Positions 12,563-25,606 of a stretch of DNA of 64,000 nt are shown piece by piece; the stretch's first letter is position 1, and each line of letters begins with the position of its first letter. The position numbers and the translations under genes were made by a program. This stretch comes from Octopus vulgaris (taxonomy: Eukaryota): positions 67,766,001-67,830,000 of the forward strand of contig OX597817.1 of the NCBI GenBank assembly GCA_951406725.2, written 5' to 3'. The notes beneath the pieces were generated by a model. The model searched no databases and was not told the origin of the DNA. It saw only the letters and a list, made by a program, of their open reading frames with translations.

Positions 12563-12985
12563 GGACCTTTTCGGTTTGAACGGCAGTTTTTTAAAATAAT
12601 TTCCATGTAACTAAACACTTTTAAACTTCGTATACTGGTAGAATGTGTTTATAAAACATCTTTTTCTCTTGGCTTTATTGAGAAAATTTTATAGTTTGTA
12701 AGATATTTGTTGTTTTTTTCTTCAATTTCTGCAATTTCAACCAATCAATGACGTCTATTGAGGTGAAAACATTTTGTGCCGTATGAATATGTCCCTCGTT
12801 TAAGAAACAGATTGGGTTTATTTACATTTCTGAAGAAAAAAGACCCTCCCCCCCACCCTTAACCCTAACTAACCCTCACCCTAAAACAGATTGAAATGCA
12901 ATAAATCGATACTAGGGTCATAATTATGGGTGACAATTTCATATGACACCGCTAGAAAAAACTGCCGTTCAAACCGAAAAGATCC
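12563..12985. mobile_element. non-autonomous DNA transposon, Merlin-like
   Basis: About 30-bp TIR GGACCTTTTCGGTTTGAACGGCAGTTTTT / AAAAACTGCCGTTCAAACCGAAAAGATCC; perfect 8-bp TSD GCTTATTC (12555-12562, 12986-12993). Confidence 0.85.
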
Positions 12986-13099
12986 GCTTATTCCGCTTTG
13001 GGTAAATTTTGCATTTATTATTTACCATCACCAATCATCGCTGGCTTCTTCGGATGAGATTGTTTCACGTTGATACTTAAAATAAACTTTGTTTTAAAT

Positions 13100-13457
13100 A
13101 TTGGATCGTAGGGCGTATGCGTTTCTGTGTTCTTTTGTCCTGACTATTATGGCTATTAAATCTATAATTCCCAACCCAATAATGCACGTCGACTAGGAGG
13201 AGAATTTTCTCCTGGGACTATCACCGCAGCAGGCAGTCTTCACACGTCCGAAAGTACTCGAGCGTGTACATTCTATTCAATACTGCTTCGTGCAACATTA
13301 TTTAATTAATTTCTTTTGTTTACAAAGCTTTACGCTCACAAACAAACGCATGCTGTTTTAATAAGAATAAATTTGTTCTTACCGAACTGTGAATGACAGA
13401 TTTGGTGTATGTAGCTGACGAACAAAACACGGAAACGCATGCATCCTATGATTCAAT
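13100..13457. mobile_element. old MITE-like element (about 40-bp imperfect inverted repeats)
   Basis: ATTGGATCGTAGGGCGTATGCGTTTCTGTGTT versus AACACGGAAACGCATGCATCCTATGATTCAAT. Confidence 0.55.
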
Positions 13458-14881
13458 GACATCATTCACAACCCAGTATATGTTTTCATATGTCTAAGAG
13501 GAGAATTTGGGTCAAACCGTAAAATCCGTGAGTGACCCAATGACTTCGGATGAATGGAAAGTAATTCAATGCAAATGAATAAAAAATTATCCCTTGTCTA
13601 CGTAAGAAATTCCGATGAAATTAAAATTCCAGCCAAAATTTATAGGATAGCATTATGAATAGGTAATGACTTGAAATAATCAGTAGCACTGCTGGTGGTA
13701 ACCATAAGATTAGGTTTCTTTTTAAAGGCTGCAACTGGCTGTGGCCATTATGTGGAATTTTTCACACGAACCGAAACGACAGTTGCACGTTCCGGGTGAG
13801 TAAAATACTCCACGTTATACTGAAAAGTATAACGTGTAGTTCTGTAGTCCTGGAACCTCCAGGTGAATGGACAGAATTCAGAAAATCTTTGTTTACAATA
13901 ACAGACGAGGTTAGTTTACACAAATGTGTTGTGATAATGTAATTCATAGAGTAATGTGTTGAAGAAAAATTTATAAAAAAATGTACGTTCATATGTTCGT
14001 GTTTATAAAGTGAAAATGTGTACAAGAAGATAATAGATAGCAGAAAATAGAAAACTTATTCGCTTTTAAACTGGTTAGAGTGATTCTGTCGAAGTTACTC
14101 TGGCGTATAAGTGACCGAAATCACCTGCACTCTACCCCTGAACGGGACGCTAATCCGTTGCAGGGTTGCTCATTTACTGTTGAGTGGGTTGGAACAACAT
14201 AAAAGGATGTGTTTTGCTCAAGAGCATAACGTACCGCTCAGTCCGAGAAGCGAGATAACAATTGCGACCGTGAGTGCAACACCTAAACCACTAGGACAAC
14301 CACTTTTATTCGTGTGTGTGTGTGTGTGTGTGATTGTGTGCACACGCGCATCTTTGTGTTTGTTCCTCCATCCTCATAACCTAGCAGTCCAGCAAAAGAG
14401 ACCAATAGGATAAGTAATTGGGTTTTAAAAAACTACTGGAGTCAATGTGTTTGACTAAGACCCTTCAAGGCATTGTCCCTGTATGGCTGCAGTCAAATGA
14501 CTGAAGCAAGTAAAAAATAAGAGATAACCTTCAAAATATGGTTACATACCATGATGGCACATTAGATATTATGCACTCATACATATCCTTAAAAAAACGG
14601 GATGGTCATAGTTGGAATACTTTTGATCATAGATTTGCCCAGTCAAGACTAACCAAGGACGGAATAACAGCAATGGCTTTTTCACATGAACTCCTAAAGT
14701 GTGCTTTGTTCAGTCGAAAGAAAGTGTGGTCTACACTTTTGATCATGGATTTTAATTAAATATGATGAAAAAAAAAATTTGGTCTTATATAATGTCAAGA
14801 CATATTAGGCAACATAATCCCTACATATCTCTAAAATGTCGTGATGATCATGGCTAGAATACATTTGGTCATAAGCCTTCT

Positions 14882-15515
14882 GAAGTTGTTTCGTGCTAAA
14901 GTTGTCGTATTCGGGTAATTTTAACCAATCAACGACGTGTATTCAGCTGAAGAAAGTTACTGCTGTTTGCGATAGTAATTGAAGAGGAACAACTCCGGGT
15001 CATCTCTACCAGATGTCACCACTCTGTTATATTTTGTTTGTTTACTGTCTGTGTTGCATATTACACTTTTTTTTTTGGTTCTCGCGTCGGAGTTACCAGT
15101 AAACATAGAGTTGATAGTGTAGAAGTGGCTCTCTGCCAGTAGAGAGTAAAAGAGTAAGGAATGCATGGTGCTGACTAGAATGGAAGAAAGGATAAAGGTG
15201 GCATCGTCTTTCTTGCGGCCCTTCGCTTGACATACGAATAGAACAGAGTGGTGATATTTAGTAGAGATGACCCGGAAGCTGTTCCGCTTCGATTACTATT
15301 GCAAACAGCAGTAGCTTTCTTCAACTAAATAAATACACGTCGCTGATTGGTTAAAATTACTCAAATACGACAACTCCAATACGAAATAACTTCTAAAATA
15401 CGATATTTTGTCATAAACTGTGTTCGGTGTGAGAAATAACACCAGTATACGAAGTTCCAAACTGTTTAGTTTTTTAAAAATAATTACAAAATCTGTAAGT
15501 GAAACTGAACAGATC
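14882..15515. mobile_element. long-TIR foldback element related to the Merlin-like element
   Basis: About 150-bp inverted arms 14882-15030 and 15239-15393; right flank has ACCAGTATACGAAGTT and AAACTGAACAGATC, resembling the 12563 element termini. Confidence 0.7.
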
Positions 15516-15763
15516 ATACACAACTTATCCAGTTCCAACAATATTCCAGTATAATTTCTGCCACCACAACTTATTTTCACCTCCCAGTTTCGTCTGAATT
15601 TTTTTTTTTTTCTGTTTTTGGCTTTACGTCTCTTGAAATCGCGTCCTGAGTTCAAATCCAGCCGAAGTCAGCTTTACCTGTTGTCATTCTTGGGTGTCTT
15701 TGGGTCGGGTCGATACAATTAAGTAGTTGTCAAATACTAGATTTGATAGTCTTTCATTTATTA

Positions 15764-16164
15764 TTCGTTTCAGTCATTAGACTGACCATGCTGGAGCATC
15801 ACTTTGAAGAATTCTAGTCGAACGAATCGACCCCAGTACTTATTTTTTAAAAGCCTAGTATTTATTCTATCAATCTCTTTTGCCGAATCGTTAAGTTATG
15901 GGGGTGTTTGACACACCAACACCAGTTGTGAAGCACTGGGGAGGGGAGACAAATACACACACACATATACACGTGTGTGTGAGTGTGTATGTCATACATA
16001 TGCGATAGGCATCTTTCAGTTTCCGTCTACCAAATCCACTCACAAGGCTTTAGTCGACCAGAGGCTATAGTAGAAAATACTTACCCAATGTGCCACGCAG
16101 TGGGACTGAACCCGAACCATGTGGTTGGTAAGCAAACTTCTTACCACATAACCACGCCTGCGCC
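15764..16164 (-). mobile_element. SINE family A
   Basis: Reverse-complement match to consensus. Confidence 0.88.
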
Positions 16165-17423
16165 TGCATCCCACATGTGAATGGAATTATAACTGAACAA
16201 GACTGGTCGACCGAATCAGTCACTAATCGAAAGTGTAAATCGTAGAAATGGAATTTTATTTTATTTTTTCTCTCATTTACACTGTTTGTGACTTGACATT
16301 CATTGGTTGAATTGATTGTTGGTAACCGTGTGTCAATGTCGGACACCCCCCAGCTGATGGGAGGGATACCTTATGCATGAATAAACATCTTTTACACAGT
16401 GTCTTGTCTCGGATTTGTGGCGCCAGATACTGGGCCCGTCCCACTTTGCTTCAACCCAAGATGACGCCTGAGCGAAAATTATCTATTAAATCTTGGTCAA
16501 TGCTGCATAGAATAGTTTAACATAAAAATCTGGATTCATCCGACTGTGAATTCAACACGCATTCGCATCTCTCTACACCAGGTGTCATACACATATATTT
16601 ATTTATTTATTTATTTTTAAGAGTATTTACTTTTATTAGTATGCAATAAACAAATAAATAAATTCTCGACTCATCGTTTTTCTGTGTTGTTCTATTCTCT
16701 CAAGTTAGTTGGATGAGGGAGAAAAGCGAACTTGGCTATAAATATTAATGTCTCAATTAACAACACCTACTTATTCCGTTTTCCATTTTTTTTTTCAGAT
16801 TTACTTTTCAAGCCTTCTATTATTTATTTATTTATTTATTTTATTTGTTTGTTTATTTATTTAATGTGCGGAGTTTGTTGCTCGCTGTTGACTCATTTCT
16901 CTACAATGAATTCAAGCCGTAAAATAATTTCTGCTGAACTATACTCAAAGCCTCAAAGCAACTAACTTAAAAAAATAGGTGGTAGTATCTCTCTCTCTCA
17001 CACATACACATACGCGCAAGTAGTTTGGATTGACCTTTTTCGTATATTACCGATACGTATTTCAACACCACTTGGTGGAACGAAGGGCAGCATCCACATT
17101 GATGAAATTTGAAATCAGGATGGAGTGTAATAAAACTTGGATAGTGTGAGAGTGTATTTCGTTCGATGTTTTATAGAACTGGAATATGTTTAATAGAGCA
17201 TACTCCAGTTCACGTGTGACAGTGAGCATGCGCAGTCAGAATAAGTAAGTAATCAATGTTTAATTTTGATTTGCAAACAGAAGCTTGCTTCCCAGCTATG
17301 TGGTTTCAGGTTCAGTCCCACTGCATAGTAAGCTGGTTAAATAACCTGTTACTATAGCCGAGGGCTAAGTCTTTTTTTTTTTTTTTTTTACAATAGCCCA
17401 GTGCTGACCAAACAGCAATAGCA

Positions 17424-17790
17424 GTGGAGGCACAATGGCCCAGTGGTTAGAGCAGCGGACTCGCGGTCGGAGGGTCACGGTTTCGATTCCCAGACCGGGC
17501 GTTGTGTGTGTTTATTGAGCGAAAACATCTAATGTTCCACGAGGCTCCGGCAGGGAGTAGTGGCGACCCCTGTTGTACTCTTTCGCTCTAACTTTCTCTC
17601 ACCCTTTCTTCCTGTTTCTTGTCCCCGACTTCCTACGCAACCGCTGAGACTGGACGTGCATTCATCCATCCGTCGATGCTCTCGGTGTCGGGGATTGACC
17701 TGCTTTCTCTTCTGCGGGTCTTACGAATAGCAAAGGACCACGTTTCGAACTTCTCCCATCTTGCGAGTTCTGGGACGAAGACCGTTCGCT
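17424..17790 (+). mobile_element. tRNA-derived SINE, family D
   Basis: GTGGAGGCACAATGGCCCAGTGGTTAGAGC...GGTTTCGATTCCC head, shared with 36971. Confidence 0.8.
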
Positions 17791-18808
17791 CAACAGCAAC
17801 AGCAGGCTTTAAAAAAACAAATTCTGGGGCCGTTTTATTCAAGTTGGTACACCAGCATGGCCGCAGTCCAATGACAGAAGCAAGTAAAGGATGAAACTTG
17901 AAAATACATGTTCAAATGAGCTCCAGGCATGACCATCCTTCTTTTTTAGAGTATGTGGGATTTAATTATCCAGTGTGCGTTCATTACTTCTCCAGGACAA
18001 TGGATTGTGATTTGAGGGAGATTTGACTGCTATTCCTAACTGGTTGACTGACTGCGTTAAGGCTCCTCTAGAAAGCACAGATTTCGGTCATCTCTTCAAA
18101 CCATGATATGAACGTGAAAAGGCGGCGAACGGGCATAGTCTTTAGAGCGTTGACTTTGGCTATGCTCTAATTTCAAATTCTATCGAGGTCACCTTTGCCT
18201 TTTATCCTTCCGGGTTCGATAAAAAAAAATACCAATCCAAATCAATGGATAGGTGGAACTGTAAAAACGTCGGACCAGATACCATCTCTTTGCGTTCTAA
18301 GTTCTAATTCCGCAATACTCTATTTGGATAATAGACTTAACTCATCGTCCGGTTTAACACAACCACCTGGCATCTTGAGTGCCTTTGGTAAGTCGATTAC
18401 ATCAACTGGTACTTATTTTATCGACTCTGAAAAGATGAAAAGCAAAGTAGATCTAAGCAGAATTTGAAGTCAGAACGTAAAAATGGACGAAACGCCGCTA
18501 AGCATTTTACCAAGCTTGCTAACGATTCTCCTATCTTGCCGCGTTTTCTTTTCACCAGTATTGTCTGCAGAGTGCCTTGAGAAGGGCCATAGGGGAATTA
18601 CTCACAACGTCCTTTTCTCCACGGTTCATCGAGGGGCTACAACCTCTCCCCATAAATCAAAACTAAAGATCGCTTTAGAAGAGCATGGTTTTGGGTTCAG
18701 TCTCACTGCATGTCACCTTGGGCAAGTGTCTTCTACTACAGGTCCTGGTCGAGTTGACCAATGCCTTGTGAGTGAATTAGATAGACAGGAAGTTTATGGA
18801 AGCCTGTC

Positions 18809-18849
<41 letters not shown>

Positions 18850-18989
18850 AGTTTGAAACAGATATATGAAAATATAAGAAGACTCTTCCCAATATCTGTA
18901 CCTCTGTACCGGACAAAATACTTAGCGGTATTTCGTTCTGAGTTCAAATTCTGCTGAGGTCGACATTACCTTTCACCCTTTATAGATAA

Positions 18990-19427
18990 GCATACGTCGT
19001 TTTCGGGAGACCATGGATCTGTACCCGGAGAATTTGTGTCAGCTGCTGACAGCTGTGCAGCGTCTGCTGTGGCCGTACGGGCTCACACAGGAGTGGCAGT
19101 CATACAGCGACTGCATTTGAAGAGGCTCTCCACCGGCGCTATCAAACTTTTCCTTTCTTCGAATGCGCTTTTCTTTGGTGGCGAGTTCCAGTTTCTTTTC
19201 CCTTCGCTCTATATCCTGGCGTAGCATTTGCATCCAACGTGGGCGATCATTTGCAACCTCTTCTCATCATAGACCGTCCAGACCTATTGACTTTATATAT
19301 CTCCCTTGCAAACGTCCTTGAAACGAAGATGAGATTGCTCTTGTGCCGGTAGCCAATTCGCCATACAGGTCTTTTGGGATTCTCTCGTCCGGCATGTGAT
19401 ATACATGACCAAGCCAGCGCAGACTTG
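18990..19427 (-). pseudogene. RTE-clade LINE 3' fragment
   Basis: Broken translation LRWLGHV..MPDERIPKD..YGELATG..HLRFKDVCK..NDRPRW..C..C..HSRRC. Confidence 0.85.
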
Positions 19428-19720
19428 AAAAAAAAAGGAGGTCGATAAAATGAGTACCAATTGAGATGGAACTGACTTACACCCTATCTGAAATTGTTGG
19501 CTTGTGCCAAACTTTGAAACCAATATTTGTACGTCTGTATTAATTTACAAAATCATTAATAAGAAGGTATGTTACCATGTATTCTTCACTAGAAGCATTG
19601 ATGTGGTGTGTCTATTAAAGGAATTCTATTTCTCTATGTATCTCTATTCAGCTTTCTGTCTTTGCCATTTTCTCTCTTACCTTCTCACCCTATTTCCTCT
19701 GTCTATTTCGCTCCGTCATA

Positions 19721-19787
<67 letters not shown>

Positions 19788-20208
19788 GATGCGTTGTCAT
19801 CCCACAGCTAGTTTCCTAGTTTCATGTTTCAACGAAATGTAGTCAGTTACTAAAGGAACGAAGGAAAGGTAATAAAAGATGTTATTTTGGCATTGTAGTG
19901 TGATGTTTGTTTAACCTTTTTAACAGCAAATATATCTTTATATATATATATATATATGTATATGTGTGTGTGTGTGTGTGTGTATGTGTGTGTGTGCATG
20001 TGTGTGCATGAGTGTGTGCATGAGTGTATGCTTGTGTGTGTGTGTGTGTATACATTCATATGTAAGTGTGTATGTACCAAACTTTGCTGTAATAATCCAC
20101 AACGAATTCTAGTGTGAAAGAAGCAAGACCGGTCTAAGAGTCATTGTTTAGTGTAGTTATATTATACACATATACATTCACACATATATGTGTATACATG
20201 TGTAAATA

Positions 20209-20286
<78 letters not shown>

Positions 20287-20457
20287 CAAATATACATATA
20301 TATATATATGTGTATGTGTATATACATATACATATTATTCATACATACATACTTACATACATACATACATGGAAAAGAGGATGAGGAAAGAGAGTAGTAA
20401 GGAGATAGATAAACAGACAGATCGTCCATGCTGTACGCGTTAACATTCGTGTTTATA

Positions 20458-20524
<67 letters not shown>

Positions 20525-20720
20525 GTAATAAATAGCTCCTTAGATTCTAAGTCAGGATTCGAAACCAATTCAACATTTTTTATCTGTTCCTTTCCTAACG
20601 TTCTCAACTTTTTCACTTTGAAATTTATGAGAATCAACTACCACACGTAGTCAAGTTGTATTGTTTAAGTTAAGATTAAATATAAGATAAAACATATACC
20701 AATGATTAAGTAATGTGCAA

Positions 20721-20782
<62 letters not shown>

Positions 20783-20852
20783 GAAGAAGAAGAAGAAGAA
20801 GAAGAAATAAAACGTATATATACTTCATTTTATTTATTTATTAATTATTATA

Positions 20853-20907
<55 letters not shown>

Positions 20908-20947
20908 AACGGCGGTGCATCAGCATGGCCGCAGCTCTAGAGAGAAA

Positions 20948-20981
<34 letters not shown>

Positions 20982-21031
20982 GAATAAATGAAAGAATGGA
21001 GTCGAATGAAGATGTTAACAAAATTCCTTTA

Positions 21032-21113
21032 CTCTCGACACATGTTTCGAAGACAGCATAGTTTCATTCCGAAGGAATAAAGGGTGCATTATGCAATCTT
21101 CTCATCAGGAAAG
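21032..21113 (-). ncRNA. type I hammerhead ribozyme (PLE, left arm)
   Basis: Reverse complement of 22801-22882. Confidence 0.85.
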
Positions 21114-21508
21114 AAAGGGAGCCTCTCTCGACAACAAGATAAACAAAAAATTTCGATGATTGCCTACATGGTAAACAGAGCGATAATGAGTGTTTTTTTT
21201 TTAATCCGTTAGGAGAATTGACGTCAAAAATGGATAGTAGGAGGAAGGAAAGGGATAAAGTAATAATGGGTAGGGGACAGTATGTTTGCTGTATGTATGG
21301 AAATGTGTGGGTGTGTGCTTGTGTTAATGAGTGCGTGTGTTTGTGTGTGTGTGTGTATGTGTGTGTGTATAACTGTATGTGTCTGTGTGTGTGAGAGAGA
21401 GACAGACGTCAAAGATAGATAGTAGTAAGGGAAGGCTTAGGAAAGAATTTCTCTATAGCAGTGGGGTGGACGTGAATCTTATTGTTCAAACCACAGTGAC
21501 AACCGTTA

Positions 21509-21918
21509 TCATTTATATGAGTAGATAGTATGTTTCTGCCAGTGTTTACATTTGTACGATTTTTCTATGAGTGTGTTTACTAGGGGAACCTTAGCGAAAA
21601 GAATATGGAAGTGTTCAGAGTTACAAATATTACAAAATTTCCTGCCCTTATCAAAAGGAAAGGATACAGACAATATAAACCAATCTAACTTGAAAATTAT
21701 ATTATTGTCTTTAAGACGCCAAACTAATTTACTTAGCTCTGTACTATGTCGTTTTTTCCTATCTCTGAATGTCGAATAGTGGTTAGAAATTCTCTTGGAT
21801 AACTGAGAAGTGGACGCTCCTATATAAAAGAAAACGTCGGTACCGGAAGAAATTCTACACTGGTAAATGGAATTCTTAATCTTAGAATTACTAGACAAAA
21901 ATTTAATTCTGTTAGGGT
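21509..21918 (-). pseudogene. PLE GIY-YIG endonuclease domain (5'-truncated)
   Basis: SIYQC...FYIG...KRISNH..F....KRHSTELSK..W.LK...CNICNSE motif pattern. Confidence 0.85.
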
Positions 21919-22424
21919 TTTAATAATAATAATAGAAATAGTGTAGTGTTTACCGCTAATAATAATAGAAACAACAATCAAACAATAAAAACTTCGTCTC
22001 GATCTCGGAGGACAACCCTAACAGAATTAAATTTTTGTCTAGTAATTCTAAGATTAAGAATTCCATTTACCAGTGTAGAATTTCTTCCGGTACCGACGTT
22101 TTCTTTTATATAGGAGCGTCTACTTCTCAGTTATCCAAGAGAATTTCTAACCACTATTCGACATTCAGGGATAGGAAAAAACGACATAGTACAGGGCTAA
22201 GCAAATTAGTTTGGTGTCTTAAAGATAATAATATAATTTTCAAGTTAGATTGGTTCATATTGCCTATATCCTTTCCTTTTGATAAGGGCAGGAGATTTTG
22301 TAATATTTGTAACTCTGAACTCTTCCATATTCTTTTCGCTAAGGTTTCCCTAGTAAACACACTCATAGAAAAATCGTACAAATGTAAACACTGGCAGAAA
22401 CACACTTTCTACTCATATAAATGA
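21919..22424 (+). pseudogene. PLE GIY-YIG endonuclease domain with Asn-rich linker (5'-truncated, open frame)
   Basis: Spacer reads in frame FNNNNRNSVVFTANNN...TELNFL into the SIYQC...YIG domain; no true ATG start. Confidence 0.85.
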
Positions 22425-22800
22425 TAACGGTTGTCACTGTGGTTTGAACAATAAGATTCACGTCCACCCCACTGCTATAGAGAAATTCTTTCCTAAGCCT
22501 TCCCTTACTACTATCTATCTTTGACGTCTGTCTCTCTCTCACACACACAATCACACACACAGACACAAATACAGTTATACACACACACACACAAGCACAC
22601 ACCCACACATTTCCATACATACAGCAAACATACTGTCCCCTACCCATTATTACTTTATCCCTTTCCTTCCTCCTACTATCCATTTTTGACGTCAATTCTC
22701 CTAACGGATTTTAAAAAAAAACACTCATTATCGCTCTGTTTACCATGTAGGCAATCATCGAAATTTTTTGTTTGTCTTGTTGTCGAGAGAGGCTCCCTTT

Positions 22801-22882
22801 CTTTCCTGATGAGAAGATTGCATAATGCACCCTTTATTCCTTCGGAATGAAACTATGCTGTCTTCGAAACATGTGTCGAGAG
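22801..22882 (+). ncRNA. type I hammerhead ribozyme (PLE, right arm)
   Basis: CUUUC-CUGAUGA-GAAGA(43-nt structured loop)UCUUC-GAA-AC(AUGU)GU-C-GAGAG; predicted cleavage after 22877. Confidence 0.88.
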
Positions 22883-23086
22883 TAAAGGAATTTTGTTAAC
22901 ATCTTCGTTCGACTCCATTCTTTTCATTTATTCATATACAACACACAAATTTCTGCACATGAACCCGGAGTTTCTACCCTTGACAAGTCGCTTCAACCGT
23001 GTTTTCTGAGGTGAATTTGCTACCCAGGTTTCGGTTAAACGAATTTTCCATGCTGACGATAAACATAGGATAATTCATTCACCTAC

Positions 23087-23168
<82 letters not shown>

Positions 23169-23517
23169 GAACGGCGGTGCATCAGCATGGCCGCAGCTCT
23201 GAGCTGAACTAGAGAGAAATATATATACATATATATTTATACACACACACACACACACACACATATGGTGATCAGTTAGCCTGACAATTGACATCTATGT
23301 GTCATACAGAAGAAGAGTAAGACAAGTTCCAAAACTTTTTTAAAAGCTGCCTAGCCTAATGCATGTGTGTGTATGTGTGTGTGTGTGTGAGTGTATGTGT
23401 GTGTTTGTATGTATGTGTATGTGTGCGCGCTCGCACGTGTAATATATACTTCAGTAGTAAGATGATAGAGTGGCTTTATGGGTTTTTTGAATTCATCTTT
23501 TATCTTTTATCGTTAAT

Positions 23518-23823
23518 CTTTTATTTATTTCAGTCATTTGATTGCTGCCATGCTGGAGCACTACCTTAAAGGGTTTTGGTCGAGCAAATCGATCAAAACC
23601 CTAAAATAGTATCCTTTCCATATAATGGATTCATTATACCCAGAAAAATTCTCATATACTGAAGAAGAAGAAAATAACACAAAAACAAAACAGGTATTCG
23701 TCAACACGAAAATTTAGCAAATATCTCTTTTTTTTGGTTCTGTACATATTTCATATACAATGCTGAAGACACGAAAATATCATTTTTGTAAGTGAATAGA
23801 TGTAATTACTATGAATATGCTTT

Positions 23824-23856
<33 letters not shown>

Positions 23857-24305
23857 ATATATATATAAGATCAGGAAATAATTTTATTCTCAAACGCAGG
23901 ATAATGCTAATATAAGCATGAACAGGATAAACTACCCATATTTTGCAGAAAAATGAGTCGGTGGCCAGCCATGAGACTCGTACTCACATCCTGTGATTAT
24001 AATAATTTTAAAGCCAAGTAATTATTCTCTCGGCCTCTTTAGCCGAACCGCTAAGTTACAGGGACGTAAACACACCAACACCGGTTGTCAAGCGGTACTG
24101 GGGAACAAACACAGACACAAAAACGCACATACATACATACATACACACGGTGGACTTCTTTCAGTTTCCATCTACCAAATCCATTCTCAGGGCTTTGGTC
24201 AGCCCATGGCTATAGTAGAAGGTACTTGCCCAAGGTGCCACGCAGTGGGACTGAACTCGGAACTATGTGGTTGGAAAGTCAGCTTCTTACCACAAGCCAC
24301 ACCGC
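23518..24305 (-). mobile_element. SINE family A split by an insertion of about 420 bp
   Basis: Tail at 23518-23592, remainder at 24010-24305. Confidence 0.75.
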
Positions 24306-25015
24306 ATATATATAAGTTGAGATAATCCTTTTTTAGTGGGGTTTTCAGGATGACCTAAATAGATTTTGGATTCACTGGTATCTGGTACGTTAAGTAAGAA
24401 TTATAAAATACATTGCTTCGTAATAGAACACGCATCCCCGGTTCCAGAAGATGTAGTTTTTGCCTGTCAGAAAAGGATCCCATCTTTTAAAGATTGTTTT
24501 GCAATTTTTAACAAACTATTACTAATAGCGATTGCTGGCAGGCATTTCCAATGATATCTGTGGCAGAATTTCCAACTACAAACTGGCTAAAATAGTATCC
24601 TTTCCTTATAATGGATTCATTATACCCTGAAAAATTCTCATATACTGAAGAAGAAGAAGAAGAAGAAAATAACACAAAAATAAAACAGCTATTCGTCAAC
24701 ACGAAAATTTAGCAATAATCTCTTTCTTTGGTTTTGTACATATTGCATATACAATGCTGAAGACACGAAAATATCATTTTTGTAAGTGAATAGATGTAAT
24801 TACTGTGAATATGTTTTTGTCTGTGTCTATATAAATATATATTGATAAATGAATATTAACGAGTGCAACATGAACGATCTGTTTGTCTATCTATCTCCTC
24901 ACTACTCTCTCTCTCCTCATCCTCTCTTCTTGTATGTATGTATGTGTATAATATATATATATATACATATATATGAATATATGTAGGCATGTAAATATGT
25001 CTGTGTTAATAAATG

Positions 25016-25050
<35 letters not shown>

Positions 25051-25051
25051 G

Positions 25052-25606
25052 TCAGGTCACTTTCGAGTGTTACTGGTAACATGTAACCCAGTACAACCTG
25101 TTGCATGGTCGGGTCGTCGGCGACTAAACCGGCAACCCCACCAAGCTTGCTTGGTGAGGAGGGTGTTTATTGGACACCCTGCGGGTTGAAAAACAAAACC
25201 CGTCAAAGGGCGGAGGAACTCTTGAGAGTCAACGGCCATCCAATAAATGTCTTAAGGATGTATCATGCGCGGGGACATAGAAATAATCGGACTGAATGCC
25301 CGATCGCGCGGTTAAACCATTGGGAGTGAAGAACTCCTAGCCTTTGTTAGGGCATCCTTCTAGGAGAAGGTAACTCAGGTAACTGGGATAACTCCGACAT
25401 AAAACCTGCGGCTCAGTGGTTACCGATGATGTTGACTTGTTCTTCTTTTCGGATTATGGCTGCTGTTGCTTAGTGAGTGGGATTGACTCAGTGCACAGCC
25501 TTTCCTCACATTAAAAAAATGTTCTTGCACAGGCATTGCGCGATAACAAGATTGATTAAGCTTCGTGCAATGGCCATACTCGATAACGAAGGGGCAGCCA
25601 CCATGT
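25052..25606 (+). mobile_element. GC-rich structured element resembling an RTE 5' UTR, in (TA)n
   Basis: GGGCATCCTTCTAGGAGAAGGTAACTC motif; many short hairpins; diverged homologue at 38747-38910. Confidence 0.6.

Larger units (their letters stand above)
20980..22937. mobile_element. Penelope-like element 3' portion in head-to-head inverted arrangement
   Basis: About 930-bp arms (20980-21918 and 22014-22937), each with a GIY-YIG ORF, CA-rich 3' UTR and hammerhead; 95-bp spacer. Confidence 0.9.

Noticed and set aside
16337-16591. Possible solo LTR (TGT...ACA, AATAAA, PBS-like TGGCGCC); similar case at 47908-48091
   Set aside because: No convincing TSD, second LTR or internal domains.
17424-17495. 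tRNA-like sequences at SINE heads
   Set aside because: A/B boxes only; they continue into SINE bodies without a complete cloverleaf.
21912-21918. TTAGGG at the palindrome fold-back point
   Set aside because: Single hexamer within coding sequence; chance is likely.
23759-23785. CTGAAGA-CAC-GAAA hammerhead-like core (also near 24757)
   Set aside because: No stem II, and the cleavage-site register does not fit.
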